DNA of 64,000 nucleotides, taken from Raillietiella orientalis. Lineage: Eukaryota. Position 1 is the first letter of the stretch; the number at the start of each line of letters is the position of its first letter. The notes under the pieces were generated by a model, which was not told the DNA's origin, did not search any database, and saw nothing but the letters and a program-made list of their open reading frames with translations. The DNA lies in the NCBI GenBank assembly GCA_036172245.1, contig JAYWIR010000027.1:2914001-2978000 (forward strand), in the 5' to 3' direction. Positions 53,022 through 62,349 of the stretch are shown here, piece by piece. A program made the translations under genes and the position numbers.

Positions 53022-54020
53022 GTTAGTTGGTTTGATGGTTTGAGTTCCTAATCATGTAAGAACTAAAAATGATGATAGTAAAAGTGATAGGAGAATTTTT
53101 TTTCTGGGGTAGTAGTCGGAAGATGGTAGAGTTGGAAGTTTGTATATTGGTAGAGTGGTGAGAATGATTGGAGATTATGGTGATTACTCCCCCTAGTTTG
53201 TTAGGGATTGATCGTAGGATGGTATAAGTATCATTCGGGTTGAATATGTGAGGGAGTTGTCAAGGGGTTGGAAAGTATAAAATTTTCTTCAGACATAAAT
53301 ATGTAAGGGAAAAAGGTGGATGTAAGTAGGAGGAGTGTAGTGATTGGTAGAAGGCTTGCTAAATCTTTAATGATGAAGAATGGTCGGAAGGGTAGTATGT
53401 CTAGGTTTCTCTTGGTTCCTAGAGGGTTTGAGGAAAAGTTTTTGTGGAGGAAAAATAGGTGCTATAGGGAGATGAGCATTATGATGAAAGGCAGGATGAA
53501 GTGTAGTGAAAAGAATCGATTGAGAGTGGGGTTGGACACGAAGAAATTTCCTCATAGGAATGAAATGATGTGTTGTCCAATGAGGGGGATGGCCGAAAAT
53601 AGTTTAGTGATAACTGTAGCGGCTCAAAAGGATATTTGTCATCAAGGAAGAACATAGCCTAAGAATGATGTTATTATTAGTAGAATGAGGAGTAATCCTG
53701 ATAATCAGGTTATGGTGTTTCTGTAGGAAAAGAAGTATAACGCGCGGAAAGTGTGCAGGTAGATTGCTATGAAAAAGAAGGAGGCGGTGTTGGCGTGGAT
53801 ATATGGCATGAATCATCCGTTATTGGTGTTATGCATTATGTTGATGATTGACGAAAAGGCTCCTGAGATATGAGGAGTGTAATGTATGGAAATGATAATG
53901 CCTGTAAGCAGTTGAGTAATTAGAAAGATTCCTATCATGGAGCCCAGGTTTCAAGAGTAAGGAATATTCAATGGTATGGGTATGTTGATTGTGGATTAAT
54001 TTTTTTGTTTAGGTTTGTCA
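53022..54020 (-). pseudogene. cob: Cytochrome b (NUMT; 3'-truncated, with indels)
   Basis: [33 protein letters not shown] (PWGQMS-like), PTLNRFFSLHFILPF, HIQPEW, ILRSIPNKLGG and LTWLG. The ATG overlaps the nad6 TAA. Confidence 0.9.
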
Positions 54021-54470
54021 TTAAAGAAGGGAGCGGAATGGTGTTTTGTTTTGTAAAATTATGTATGGCATAATGATTAATGTTAGTATTAAGAAGGATA
54101 TGAGGAATCAGGTTATTGGGATGTTGGGTAATGATAGTATGATTTTTGATGAGTAGGATGAAGAGTGGAAGGTGGGTTGAGGTGAATTGGGTAAGAGGAG
54201 TAATAGGGGGGTAAAGATAAATGGGGTTTTACTGAATGTGGATAATTCGTTATATGTTAGAGATGTTATGTAAGAGAAGATGCTTAGGATTCCTCCGACG
54301 TAGATGAGAAATGTGATGGCATATCATGATGTTATGGAAAGGATGTTGATGGTGATGGCAATGGTTAGTGAAGTTATAGCTAGGAAGAGGGCTGTGATTA
54401 TTGGGTTGGTATATGAACAGTAAAGGAGAGATGCGGCTGTAATTATGAGTATGCAAGGGGTGTGATGGAT
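54020..54470 (-). pseudogene. nad6: NADH dehydrogenase subunit 6 (NUMT)
   Basis: WYAITFLIYVGGILSIFSYMTSL..NE and C-terminal PFRSLL* in the invertebrate mt code. Confidence 0.85.
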
Positions 54471-54519
54471 GACTGAGTCTGGAGATTTTTCGAGATATGT
54501 ATCCAGGACTAATTTAGTA

Positions 54520-54791
54520 GTAGAGATGGGTATAGTTATTGAATTTGGAGTAGGTTTATGGAGATTTTTTATAAATAAGCGGCATGTTTTAAGGGGTTGT
54601 TAAGGCTGGAAATGATAATGTTGGGTAGTTTAGGTTATTTTTTTTTGGTAGAAATGGGTAGTGGGTATGAAATTTTAGTTATGATGGTATCAAGTATTTG
54701 TGAGGGAGCTATGGGGTTATGTTTGATTGTTCTTGTTAGGCGGAGGGTTGGTAATGATTATTGTAAATCTATTAATATTATTGGATGTTAG
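54520..54791 (+). pseudogene. nad4L: NADH dehydrogenase subunit 4L (NUMT, frameshift ~54595)
   Basis: KRHVL..LSLEMM, ICEGAMGLCLIVLVSRSVGNDY and a 7-bp ATGTTAG overlap with nad4. Confidence 0.85.
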
Positions 54792-56051
54792 GAATTTTGA
54801 TGTTTATGTTATCTATGGGGATGGGTGTGGGGTTTGGTTGGGGAAGGGTGTGTTGGGGGGTTGTGTTTTTGTGGGTCATGAGATGTTTATGTAAGGAGCA
54901 ATATTTGGGTGAGGGTGGTATGGTTGATAGGGTGAGATATTGTTTATTATTGATAAGGGTGGTGTCATTTTTTTTGCTGATGCAGGGTAGTACAGGGGTT
55001 AATAGGGGAGTGATGTTGAGGGTAATGAGATTGATTTTGGGTATATTCGTGATTTATAGGTTCATGAGAGTTAATTTTTTTATATGTTATGTATTTTTTG
55101 AGGGTAGGATGATTCCTATAGTGTTGATTGTTGTTTGGTGAGGACATCAGAGGAGAGATCTGGAGCTAGAGTTTATATATTTATTTATACGGTTTTTATG
55201 TCTTTGTGGTTTTTAATTGGTGTTATTAAGTTTGTGGATGATGGATTGATTGTTAGAATAGTGGATGAGAAGATGGGAGTGGAAGGTTTAGTGTTAGTAG
55301 GAGTTTTTTTTGTAAAGTTGCCAGTTTGTGGAGTTAACTTGTGGCTTCCAAAGGCTCATGTGGAGTATTTCTTACGGTTCTATAATTCTTGCTGGGGTTA
55401 TGTTAAAGTTGGGAGGGTATGGGATGGTTCAGTTGTTTATGAAGTATAATTATGGAATTGTAAGGCTATGATTGATAGGGGTGAGTATGGTAGATGGTGT
55501 GGTGGGGGGGTTGATGTGTTTTCGACAGGTAGATTATAAAGTAATTATGGCTTATTCGTCAATTTGTCATATAAGGGTAATTGTAGGGGGGTGATTAATG
55601 GGGGGTGAGATGGGGTTGATAGGATACATTTTGATGATAATGGCTCATGGTTATGCATCGTCTGGTTTATTTTTTATTAGTGGTTTAATGTATGAATTAT
55701 GGGGAGACGGTCGATGTATATGAGGGGTGGAATGAGATTAAGCTGTAGCGGGATAGGGGGACTAATCATGATTTTGTGATTTTTAAATATGTCGTGTCCT
55801 TTAAGATTGGGGTTGTTCGGTGAAATTATAGTATAAATAGGAATAGTAAATGTGATGGTGTATGTGGTATTATATTTAGGTATTGTTACTATAGTTGGGG
55901 GAGGTTATAGAATATATATGCTGGGGATGCTATGTCATGGAAGAATACAATTGTGGATGCAAATTTTGTATTGAAGATGAAAGATTTTCATGTAGTTGTA
56001 ATGTGTGTAGTAGCTAGAATGGTTAGGATGATGATACTTTTGTGTTGATGT
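54785..56051 (+). pseudogene. nad4: NADH dehydrogenase subunit 4 (NUMT, several frameshifts)
   Basis: YVFFEGSMIP, FVKLP...LWLPKAHVE, CFRQVDYKVIMAYSSICHM, MAHGYASSGLF and NMSCP. Confidence 0.9.
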
Positions 56052-56108
56052 CAAGAAATTTTAGTGAGAATAACGATTTGTTGTGTCGTAGGTAGTTATT
56101 GGCTTTGA
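56052..56108 (+). tRNA. trnH: mt tRNA-His-like (NUMT; loop reads TTGTTGT rather than TTGTGGT)
   Basis: Position between nad4 and nad5; stem ACGAT/GTCGT. Confidence 0.55.
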
Positions 56109-57694
56109 ATCATATAGTGGTGTTGGTTAGAATGATGGTTGTAAATGTAGGTTTGTGATTTGTCTGTTGAAGTAGGGTGGTGTTAATAGAATGATCATTG
56201 ATAAGGTTGGGAGGGGTAGAATGAGGTTTGTTGTTTGTTTTGGATGATAAATGTTTATTGTTTATAGAGTATGTGATGGTTATTTCTTTTTTGGTTATGA
56301 TGTATAGTTGGGAATATATTGAGTGGAAAAAGAAGTGATTTTTTATATTAGTATTTTGGTTTGTAGTGAGAATGTTATTGTTAATTATGAGTAGTAGCTT
56401 AGTGACTATTATTTTGGGTTGGGATGGACTGCATATTATTTCTTATTGTTTGGTTATTATTTATATGAATTGTGGTTCTAATTACGGAGGTATGATTACT
56501 TTTTTGAGTAATCGATAGAATTTTAGTGATGGATATTGGGTGGTTGTTGATGGAGGGTACTTGAGTTTTTGAAAGATTAGACATTAATGGTTGATGTTTT
56601 TGGATGGTAATGCTAATGAGAATGACTAAGAGTGCGCAGTTTAGTGCGTGGTTACCGGAGGCTATGGCAGCACCTACTCCAGTTTCAGCTTTAGTTCATT
56701 CGTCAACGTTAGTAGCTGCGGGAGTGTATTTCATGATTCGCTTTAATGAAATTGGGATGGTAAGTAATATGGTGGTTTATGGTGGTCTTTTGACGATGGT
56801 GTATTCGGGGTTGATGTAGAGTAGGGGTTGATGTAAAGAAGATTATTGCATATTCGACGTCGAGGCAATTGGGTATGATTATGGGGTTAGAGTTGGGTAT
56901 GGGGGTGTTAGTATATTATCATTTATTGATTCATGCTGTATTTAAATCGTTGCTGTTTCTATATGCGGGATTCGTTATTCATATGTATGATGGGGGCAGA
57001 ATTTGCGAGTTATGGGGGGTAGAGGGACAGTTAATGTGGTTTTGGGTGTTATTTATAATGTTAGGATTATGGGGTTGGTAGGGTTTCCTTTCTTGAGAGG
57101 TTATTATAGGAAAGATTATTTAGTAGAGTGAATGTGATATTCTATGTGAAGAGGTGTAGTAGAAATTTTTATTTTCGTTGGGTAAGTATTAACGGTGGTT
57201 TATGGGTACCGAATGTTCGGTGGATTGACAGGGGGTGTTAGTGGTGTAGAGCGGGGTGTTGGGTTAGATGATAGATATTACGTTGTATTAATGGGGTTAA
57301 ATATTATAGTAGTGGCAGGGGATAGAATAGTTGTGGAAGAGATTGAGGGATTTACGTTATTTTTTATGGAAAAATATGTAGCGATATATTTGTTGGTTAA
57401 TATCTATTGGTTTATTATTTGTAGGTGTTATGAGTTTGTTTGTAGGTCTGGGAGATATGATGATGATTATGGGTTTAAAATTGATGAGAGGGTTAATATT
57501 AAGGAATTGGTTAATGCGTGTTAGTATGGTTAGGGAGGAGATAGTTGATAAGGGGTGAATGGAGTGAGGGTGTGTGTGGTATGTAGGGGTGATTGATATT
57601 GTTGGTAAGAAGAGTATTGTGTATAATATCATGGAAGGTAAATATTTTATAGCTTATTTTGTTCTGTGTTATTTAGGATGAATGATTTTTGTAG
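56109..57694 (+). pseudogene. nad5: NADH dehydrogenase subunit 5 (NUMT, stops and frameshifts)
   Basis: [68 protein letters not shown] and GFPFLSGYYSKD. Confidence 0.92.
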
Positions 57695-58032
57695 ATTCAC
57701 CTTGTGTGAAGTTAAATTTGAGTATTCTAGAATTTTTGTGGGAAAATTTTTTAATTTATATTTACGGGTTGAGGAGGTGGATATTGTAATGATTATTAAT
57801 GAATTTATGTAGCATGGGTGGGGTAATTCATGAGAGTTGAATGGGGCTATCAGTAATGGGAGTATTAGTTATTGTTGGAGGGATATTTATGATTGTTACG
57901 TGTTATTCATGATGAGCGATTTTATAGATGATTTTGTGTAAATTTAGGTTTAGGTATCTCGGAATCCTAATGGAATGAAATTTTTAATTTTACGTGGATT
58001 CATATCTCTGGGAATATTGTAGTTAGTAGAGA

Positions 58033-58082
58033 AAGACGAATTTAAGGTTAGGTCGAAACTAACTGTGTTATCACTTTTGTCT
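58033..58082 (-). tRNA. trnR: mt tRNA-Arg(UCG), T-armless (NUMT)
   Basis: Stem GTTAG/CTAAC; loop TTTCGAC; acceptor AGACAAA/TTCGTCT. Confidence 0.75.
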
Positions 58083-58422
58083 AAGAATATTCATGAGATG
58101 GATCCGGTATGAAGTTCATATTTTAATCCTGAAATTAAAAAAAAAATTAATGATGTTAGTGCAATGGCTGTAGAAAGTGTAAGGGATGGCGGCAGGAGGG
58201 GGATGGGGAGGATAATGGCTAACTCAATATCGAAAATTAGGAATATGATTGTAGCTAGGAAGAATTGGATAGAGAATGGGAAACGTGCATTGTTTTTTGG
58301 ATCAAATCCGCATTCGAAGGGAGTTCAGGTATTGTAATTAAATTGGGGTGTAGTTTTAATGATTATTGCGAAAGAAATAATGAAAGTGACCATAAAAAGA
58401 GATGGTAAAAGTAATTTTGAAT
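58083..58422 (-). pseudogene. nad3: NADH dehydrogenase subunit 3 (NUMT)
   Basis: TPFECGFDP...[27 protein letters not shown]...[13 protein letters not shown]. Confidence 0.92.
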
Positions 58423-58424
58423 AG

Positions 58425-58480
58425 AAGAGACAAAATGGTATGCCACTGTTGAGGGATTAGAAGTCCCTGATGTTGTCTCT
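58425..58480 (-). tRNA. trnS1: mt tRNA-Ser(AGN), anticodon UCU, D-armless (NUMT)
   Basis: Acceptor AGAGACA/TGTCTCT; stem AGGGA/TCCCT; loop CTTCTAA; T-arm AGTGG/CCATT. Confidence 0.8.
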
Positions 58481-58512
58481 TTGTATGAAGTATAGTTATA
58501 AGATATTGTCTA

Positions 58513-58576
58513 TAATTATTAATAAAATTAGAAATTTTTGTTTGCAACACAAATGTTATTATTGTAACTATAATTT
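58513..58576 (-). tRNA. trnA: mt tRNA-Ala(UGC) (NUMT)
   Basis: TAGTTA...TAAC D-arm; stem TTTGT/ACAAA; loop GTTGCAA. Confidence 0.7.
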
Positions 58577-58581
58577 TTAAT

Positions 58582-58638
58582 TGTCTTTTTAGCTTATGTA
58601 GAGCGAAGCGTTGAAAGTGCTCAGGAAATAATGGACGG
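58582..58638 (+). tRNA. trnF: mt tRNA-Phe(GAA), T-armless (NUMT)
   Basis: TAGCTTA...AGAGC D-arm; stem AGCG/TGCT; loop TTGAAAG. Confidence 0.75.
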
Positions 58639-58649
58639 TTGATAGGAAG

Positions 58650-58701
58650 TTTGAGTTGGGGAAATTTTTATCTAACAGTGATATGCTTAAGCTTAACTCA
58701 A
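58650..58701 (-). tRNA. trnN: mt tRNA-Asn(GUU), T-armless (NUMT)
   Basis: Acceptor TTGAGTT/AACTCAA; TATCACTGTTA anticodon arm typical of arthropod trnN. Confidence 0.7.
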
Positions 58702-58702
58702 A

Positions 58703-58755
58703 TTCTGAAAATTTTTATCTTGAAAGGTTAATGTGTTGTTTTACACTAAAAAAAC
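58703..58755 (-). tRNA. trnE: mt tRNA-Glu(UUC)-like (NUMT)
   Basis: TAGTGTA...ACAC D-arm and CTTTCAA loop. Stems imperfect. Confidence 0.5.
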
Positions 58756-58810
58756 TACTCTTTATTTCTTAATAATTGGAAGTTCTTTGTACCGTATATA
58801 CTAAAAGAGT
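58756..58810 (-). tRNA. trnG: mt tRNA-Gly(UCC), T-armless (NUMT)
   Basis: Acceptor ACTCTTT/AAAGAGT; TAGTATA D-arm; loop CTTCCAA; directly after cox3. Confidence 0.8.
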
Positions 58811-59394
58811 ATGCTCATAAGTATATGAATAAAAATAGGAACAATCATACAATGTCTACGAAATGTCAGTACCAGAGGGGGAGTTCGAATGATAGATGGT
58901 GAAGGTGAGTAATGGAGAGTGTAGAAATTTGGTTTATGGATAAAAAAAGGCAGATAAGTCCAGCAAATACGTGCAAACCGTGGAATCCTGTTGCGATGAG
59001 GAATGTTGAACGAAAAATTGAATCTGTAATAGAGAATTCGAGTATGAAGTATTCTATAGCTTGAGTTGTAAGGAATATTAATCCAATTGTGATAAACACG
59101 GAAAAAAATGAGGGAATAATTTTTCTTTAAGAGAGAGTGATGTGTTCATGTTACTGAGATGTCTGATCTTAACAGAAGAGTAGTATTAAATAGGGGTACT
59201 TCTATAGCGTAGGGTAAGATAAGATTGGATGAGGGTCAAGAAAATCTAAATTGTGGATTGACTCTTAGTCTGGAATGGAAGAATGATCAAAAGGATATGA
59301 TTGAAAAAATTTATGAAATAATAAATATGATTATTGCAAATGTGAATGTTTTTATTATTTTTATTGGGAGGATACCGATAAAGCGAGAGTCCTC
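58811..59394 (-). pseudogene. cox3: Cytochrome c oxidase subunit 3 (NUMT; 5'-truncated, internal stop)
   Basis: FWSFFHSSL, PLFNTTLLL, TWTHH, ATGFHGLHV and WYWHFVDIVWLFLF. TAA where the conserved Glu of FIxSE is expected. Confidence 0.92.
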
Positions 59395-59790
59395 ACTGGA
59401 TGCGCCGCTTCTTCACGCGTGGCGGTCTTTTTCTGGGAGCGGTCGTCGCAATATCTGCTGCGTCTGCGCCATTGTCAGGGCCCGCCACGTATTGCAGATG
59501 CGAGCAGTCCCAACATCGGTCCCCGACACCGCAGCCTGCAACCTGCAAATGGCTGCCGGGTGGCCACACCTTGAAGCAGAAGTGAGTGCGGAGATTGCCG
59601 GCATTCAACGCCGGTTCTGAGAATAGGAACGACTGAAACTGCAGACCCCTGTCCCCACCCGCCCACTATATTTACTTATTTATTGTCCCCTCCCTGCCGT
59701 TCCGAACTTTCAGTATGCCCGACCTACGTGCCGGGAACTCTCCTCCCCATCTTCTGTTCCCCTTGACTGGGAACACAGTTCCCAGATGAT
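59395..59790 (+). mobile_element. GC-rich L1/Tx1-like relic: ORF2 C-terminus and spacer
   Basis: FFTRGG...CAIVRARHVLQMR and MAAGWPHLEAE are homologous to 51620-51790, followed by a T-rich tract and the hairpin motif (59718-59735). Confidence 0.65.
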
Positions 59791-60888
59791 TTCAAATAAT
59801 AAGTGTCCTGGCGCAACCGGGTAACAAACGACAACGCTGCAATCTTTGATCGACTCGCTACCCAGCTGCTTTTTGCTGCGGTAGGCGAGTTTTTTTTCAA
59901 GTCGTCGTTCTTTCTTCGACTTTTTGTCTGTTGCCACCTGCCACCCAGGCTCCTGGCCGTTTCCCTCGACCTTTTCGGAGTTGTTCGCCGGGGTCTCGGG
60001 TACGGAGTGAGCCTTGAACGCGGGTGGCACAGCTTTCGCGGCTGCTTCCGCCGCAAGCTTTTTTTGTAGCAGTCTGGCGCGTTTTTTTGGGGTTTCTTGC
60101 GGACACCACCCGCACTGCTGTTTGTGGGCACATCTCCCGTTTGTGGCCCATATTCCCGCATACCTGGCACTGCACGTTGGGGCACCTCTTTTTGAGGTGG
60201 CCCGACGTATTGCAGAAGCCGCAATATTTGGGCCTCCCCAAATACCAAAGGTCGACCGTTTCACCGGCGACTACTAGTTTGTGGGGAAGCGAACAGCCCT
60301 CACGGACTGTGATGCGTGCAGCCGGGAGGCCGCGTTGCAGTCCAGTATAGTCCACAAAGGGACTAGGCTTGGACCATTGCGCGTGTACTGTACCGTACTG
60401 TTCGAGTGCGGCGCGTACGGTTTCCCTACGCATCCGCGCTGTAACACCTAACAGGTGGACCACAATACTGCGGTCCACCGTAATGGAAAGAAGCCTGCAT
60501 TTCCCCATCACCATGGGGGTTTTGAGCAGACGTTGAGCCAGATCTGCCTGTTTGTAGATCACCTCTACGTACTGTTCCCCGCTGCGAATGGTCATTGCGC
60601 AGAGTTCTTCCTCCTGAACGTTGAGAGTGCGTATCGCCTTAGAAAAGTCGCGCGCACTCTCGGGACAATATAGATTCCCTACCTTGCACAGGAGAGAGGG
60701 CTTATATCCCTCCTCCACGTAGGCGTTCAATTCCGCCGCGGCTGCAGGAGTTGGCGCCGCTACGACAGCGCTCCACGCCCGCGCTGCAGCGGGGACCGAT
60801 TCTGTGGGGGCGATGCCCCCACCTCCATCGCCTCTGAGGGTGACGTTGCCGTCACTCCCTGGCACTCACTGGTGGTCTTGTCAGGCAT
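59790..60888 (-). pseudogene. Tx1/L1-type ORF1 (RRM-like region and two CCHC zinc knuckles), frameshifted near both ends
   Basis: VHLLGV...VRAALEQYGTV, LPHKLVVAGETVDLWYLGRPKYCGFCNTSGHLKKRCPNVQCQVCGNMGHKREMC, and a basic tail WQVATDKKSKKERR in another frame. Confidence 0.85.
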
Positions 60889-61001
60889 TGCTGCATGAGC
60901 AACCACCAAAACACAAAATACCTCGCAAAGTAGGACGAGTTCCCGGCACCGAGGAGCACCGAGAAAACACGTCCATCCAGCGCGCATAAAGCTTTCGATT
61001 T

Positions 61002-61500
61002 TCATTCGGGTTTCGCAGCTGATCCGCTCAGGAGGCAGAGACCGCCATCTCGACGTGGAGCGCCCAAGTCCTTCAGAGGCACACGGGACCTCCCACTGCC
61101 GCACAGGGCGATGCGCAGGAGGTCCTTCGCCCTCTTCCTCAACTCGCGTGGTACAGGGCAAACAAATAGTGAAGGGCGAAGGAGGGGGACCGAGAATGCG
61201 TTCCATACCGCAACCCGTTCCGACAAGAAAAACTCGCCATCCAGGAACGGGTCGATCGCCTTCTCGGCCTTTTGGAGGCAGCTGGACCACGCCTCCGCCG
61301 GAGAGTATTCCCTCAATGGCACACCAAGATAATTAAAGTACCGCACCGTGGGGAGATGCTCTGTACGACTACTGGATGTTCTGTTGGAAATTCTGAAGTG
61401 GCCTCTGGTGCTCATGGGCAACCACACCCTCCCCTTGGAGTGGCAGGAGTCGGCGCTGGTGGTGCTGCACTGGATCCTCCAACGCAACGTTCGCCGTCAT
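61002..61500 (-). pseudogene. L1/Tx1 ORF2 fragment (RT thumb region)
   Basis: FNYLGVPL...W...LSERVAVWN...P...APRRDGGLCL. Confidence 0.8.
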
Positions 61501-61549
61501 CATTGAACGAGGGTGTGTGTGGGCCCTAACTGTCTTAGCCAGAAAAGAT

Positions 61550-62040
61550 GGTTCCTAGAATTGCAGGATGCCCCTTTCTGTAATTTCCCGCATTAAGATT
61601 ATCCCGTAAGTTTTCCTGGCTTCTCAGGCAGTTTAATCCTGAAAAACAAACTACTGTAATGAGCAGTTCTCCCATCTCTTTTATCATAATTCTGTTGGGG
61701 ACGATGTCTTAAACTTCTCTTACAGTTCCTCATCTGCGGTATGCACCATGAAGCCGAAGGCTGAAGGAACGATCGCTCTCATCCTGTGAAGTTCCACATT
61801 CTGTTTGTGGAGCGCTACATAAAGGTTCCCCTTTTGAAAGTCATCGACTCGACCTCGGAGTGTCTATTGCACATGGGCTTTTTCATCGGTTCAATATCAA
61901 ACATGAAGGTTTTCATGCGCTGAATCATGTTTAAGGACGCTACCATCCCTTTCGCTGCTGCCGCCGCTTACGACGGTGGTGGCTGCGCTGCCGAGGTTAG
62001 GGGGTTGACCTCCTTCGGGGTGAACGGCTAGCTGCTCATG
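61550..62040 (-). pseudogene. Highly degenerate ORF1 relic
   Basis: S*AAAAAKG (SYAAA-like) near 61970 and a broken C..(C).K.GH knuckle near 61570-61590. Confidence 0.35.
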
Positions 62041-62349
62041 GACGTGGAGTTTGTCACTGACCGCTGGTTACTTGTCCCTCAGTATGAAACTCATGTGGCT
62101 CTTATTTTTGATCACGGCGTTCTGTTTTTATGATTTGCCCGTCTTATGTATTTTCGTTGCTTTTTTCCCCTGTTCTCCAGCACTTTTCCTGTTCCTGAAT
62201 ACCAAAAAAAAAAAACAAATCAATTTCCGAGGAAAGCGTGTGCTTTTCCAGGAACCGATATGTTGGTTTTGTCGCAGTGAAAATGGTTTTGTACTCATTG
62301 AAGTGCAAGCGAAATGAAATGTTGCCAAACACCTCTAGATCAGCTACTG

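Larger units (their letters stand above)
52580..59394. pseudogene. Nuclear mitochondrial DNA segment (NUMT), about 6.8 kb
   Basis: Abrupt switch to AT-rich, G/T-skewed DNA with recognisable mitochondrial protein, tRNA and 12S genes carrying frameshifts, stops and deletions, embedded between nuclear retroelements. Confidence 0.93.

Noticed and set aside
54472..54520. tRNA (Pro, Thr or Arg) between nad6 and nad4L
   Set aside because: Forms only an imperfect hairpin with no convincing anticodon stem.
58520..58552. tRNA-Cys(GCA) on the + strand
   Set aside because: The anticodon arm is near-symmetric, and the D-arm pattern fits trnA on the minus strand better.
59897..60865. Domesticated ZCCHC3-like host gene
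   Set aside because: Frameshifts near both ends and adjacent ORF2 fragments indicate a decaying retroelement ORF1.
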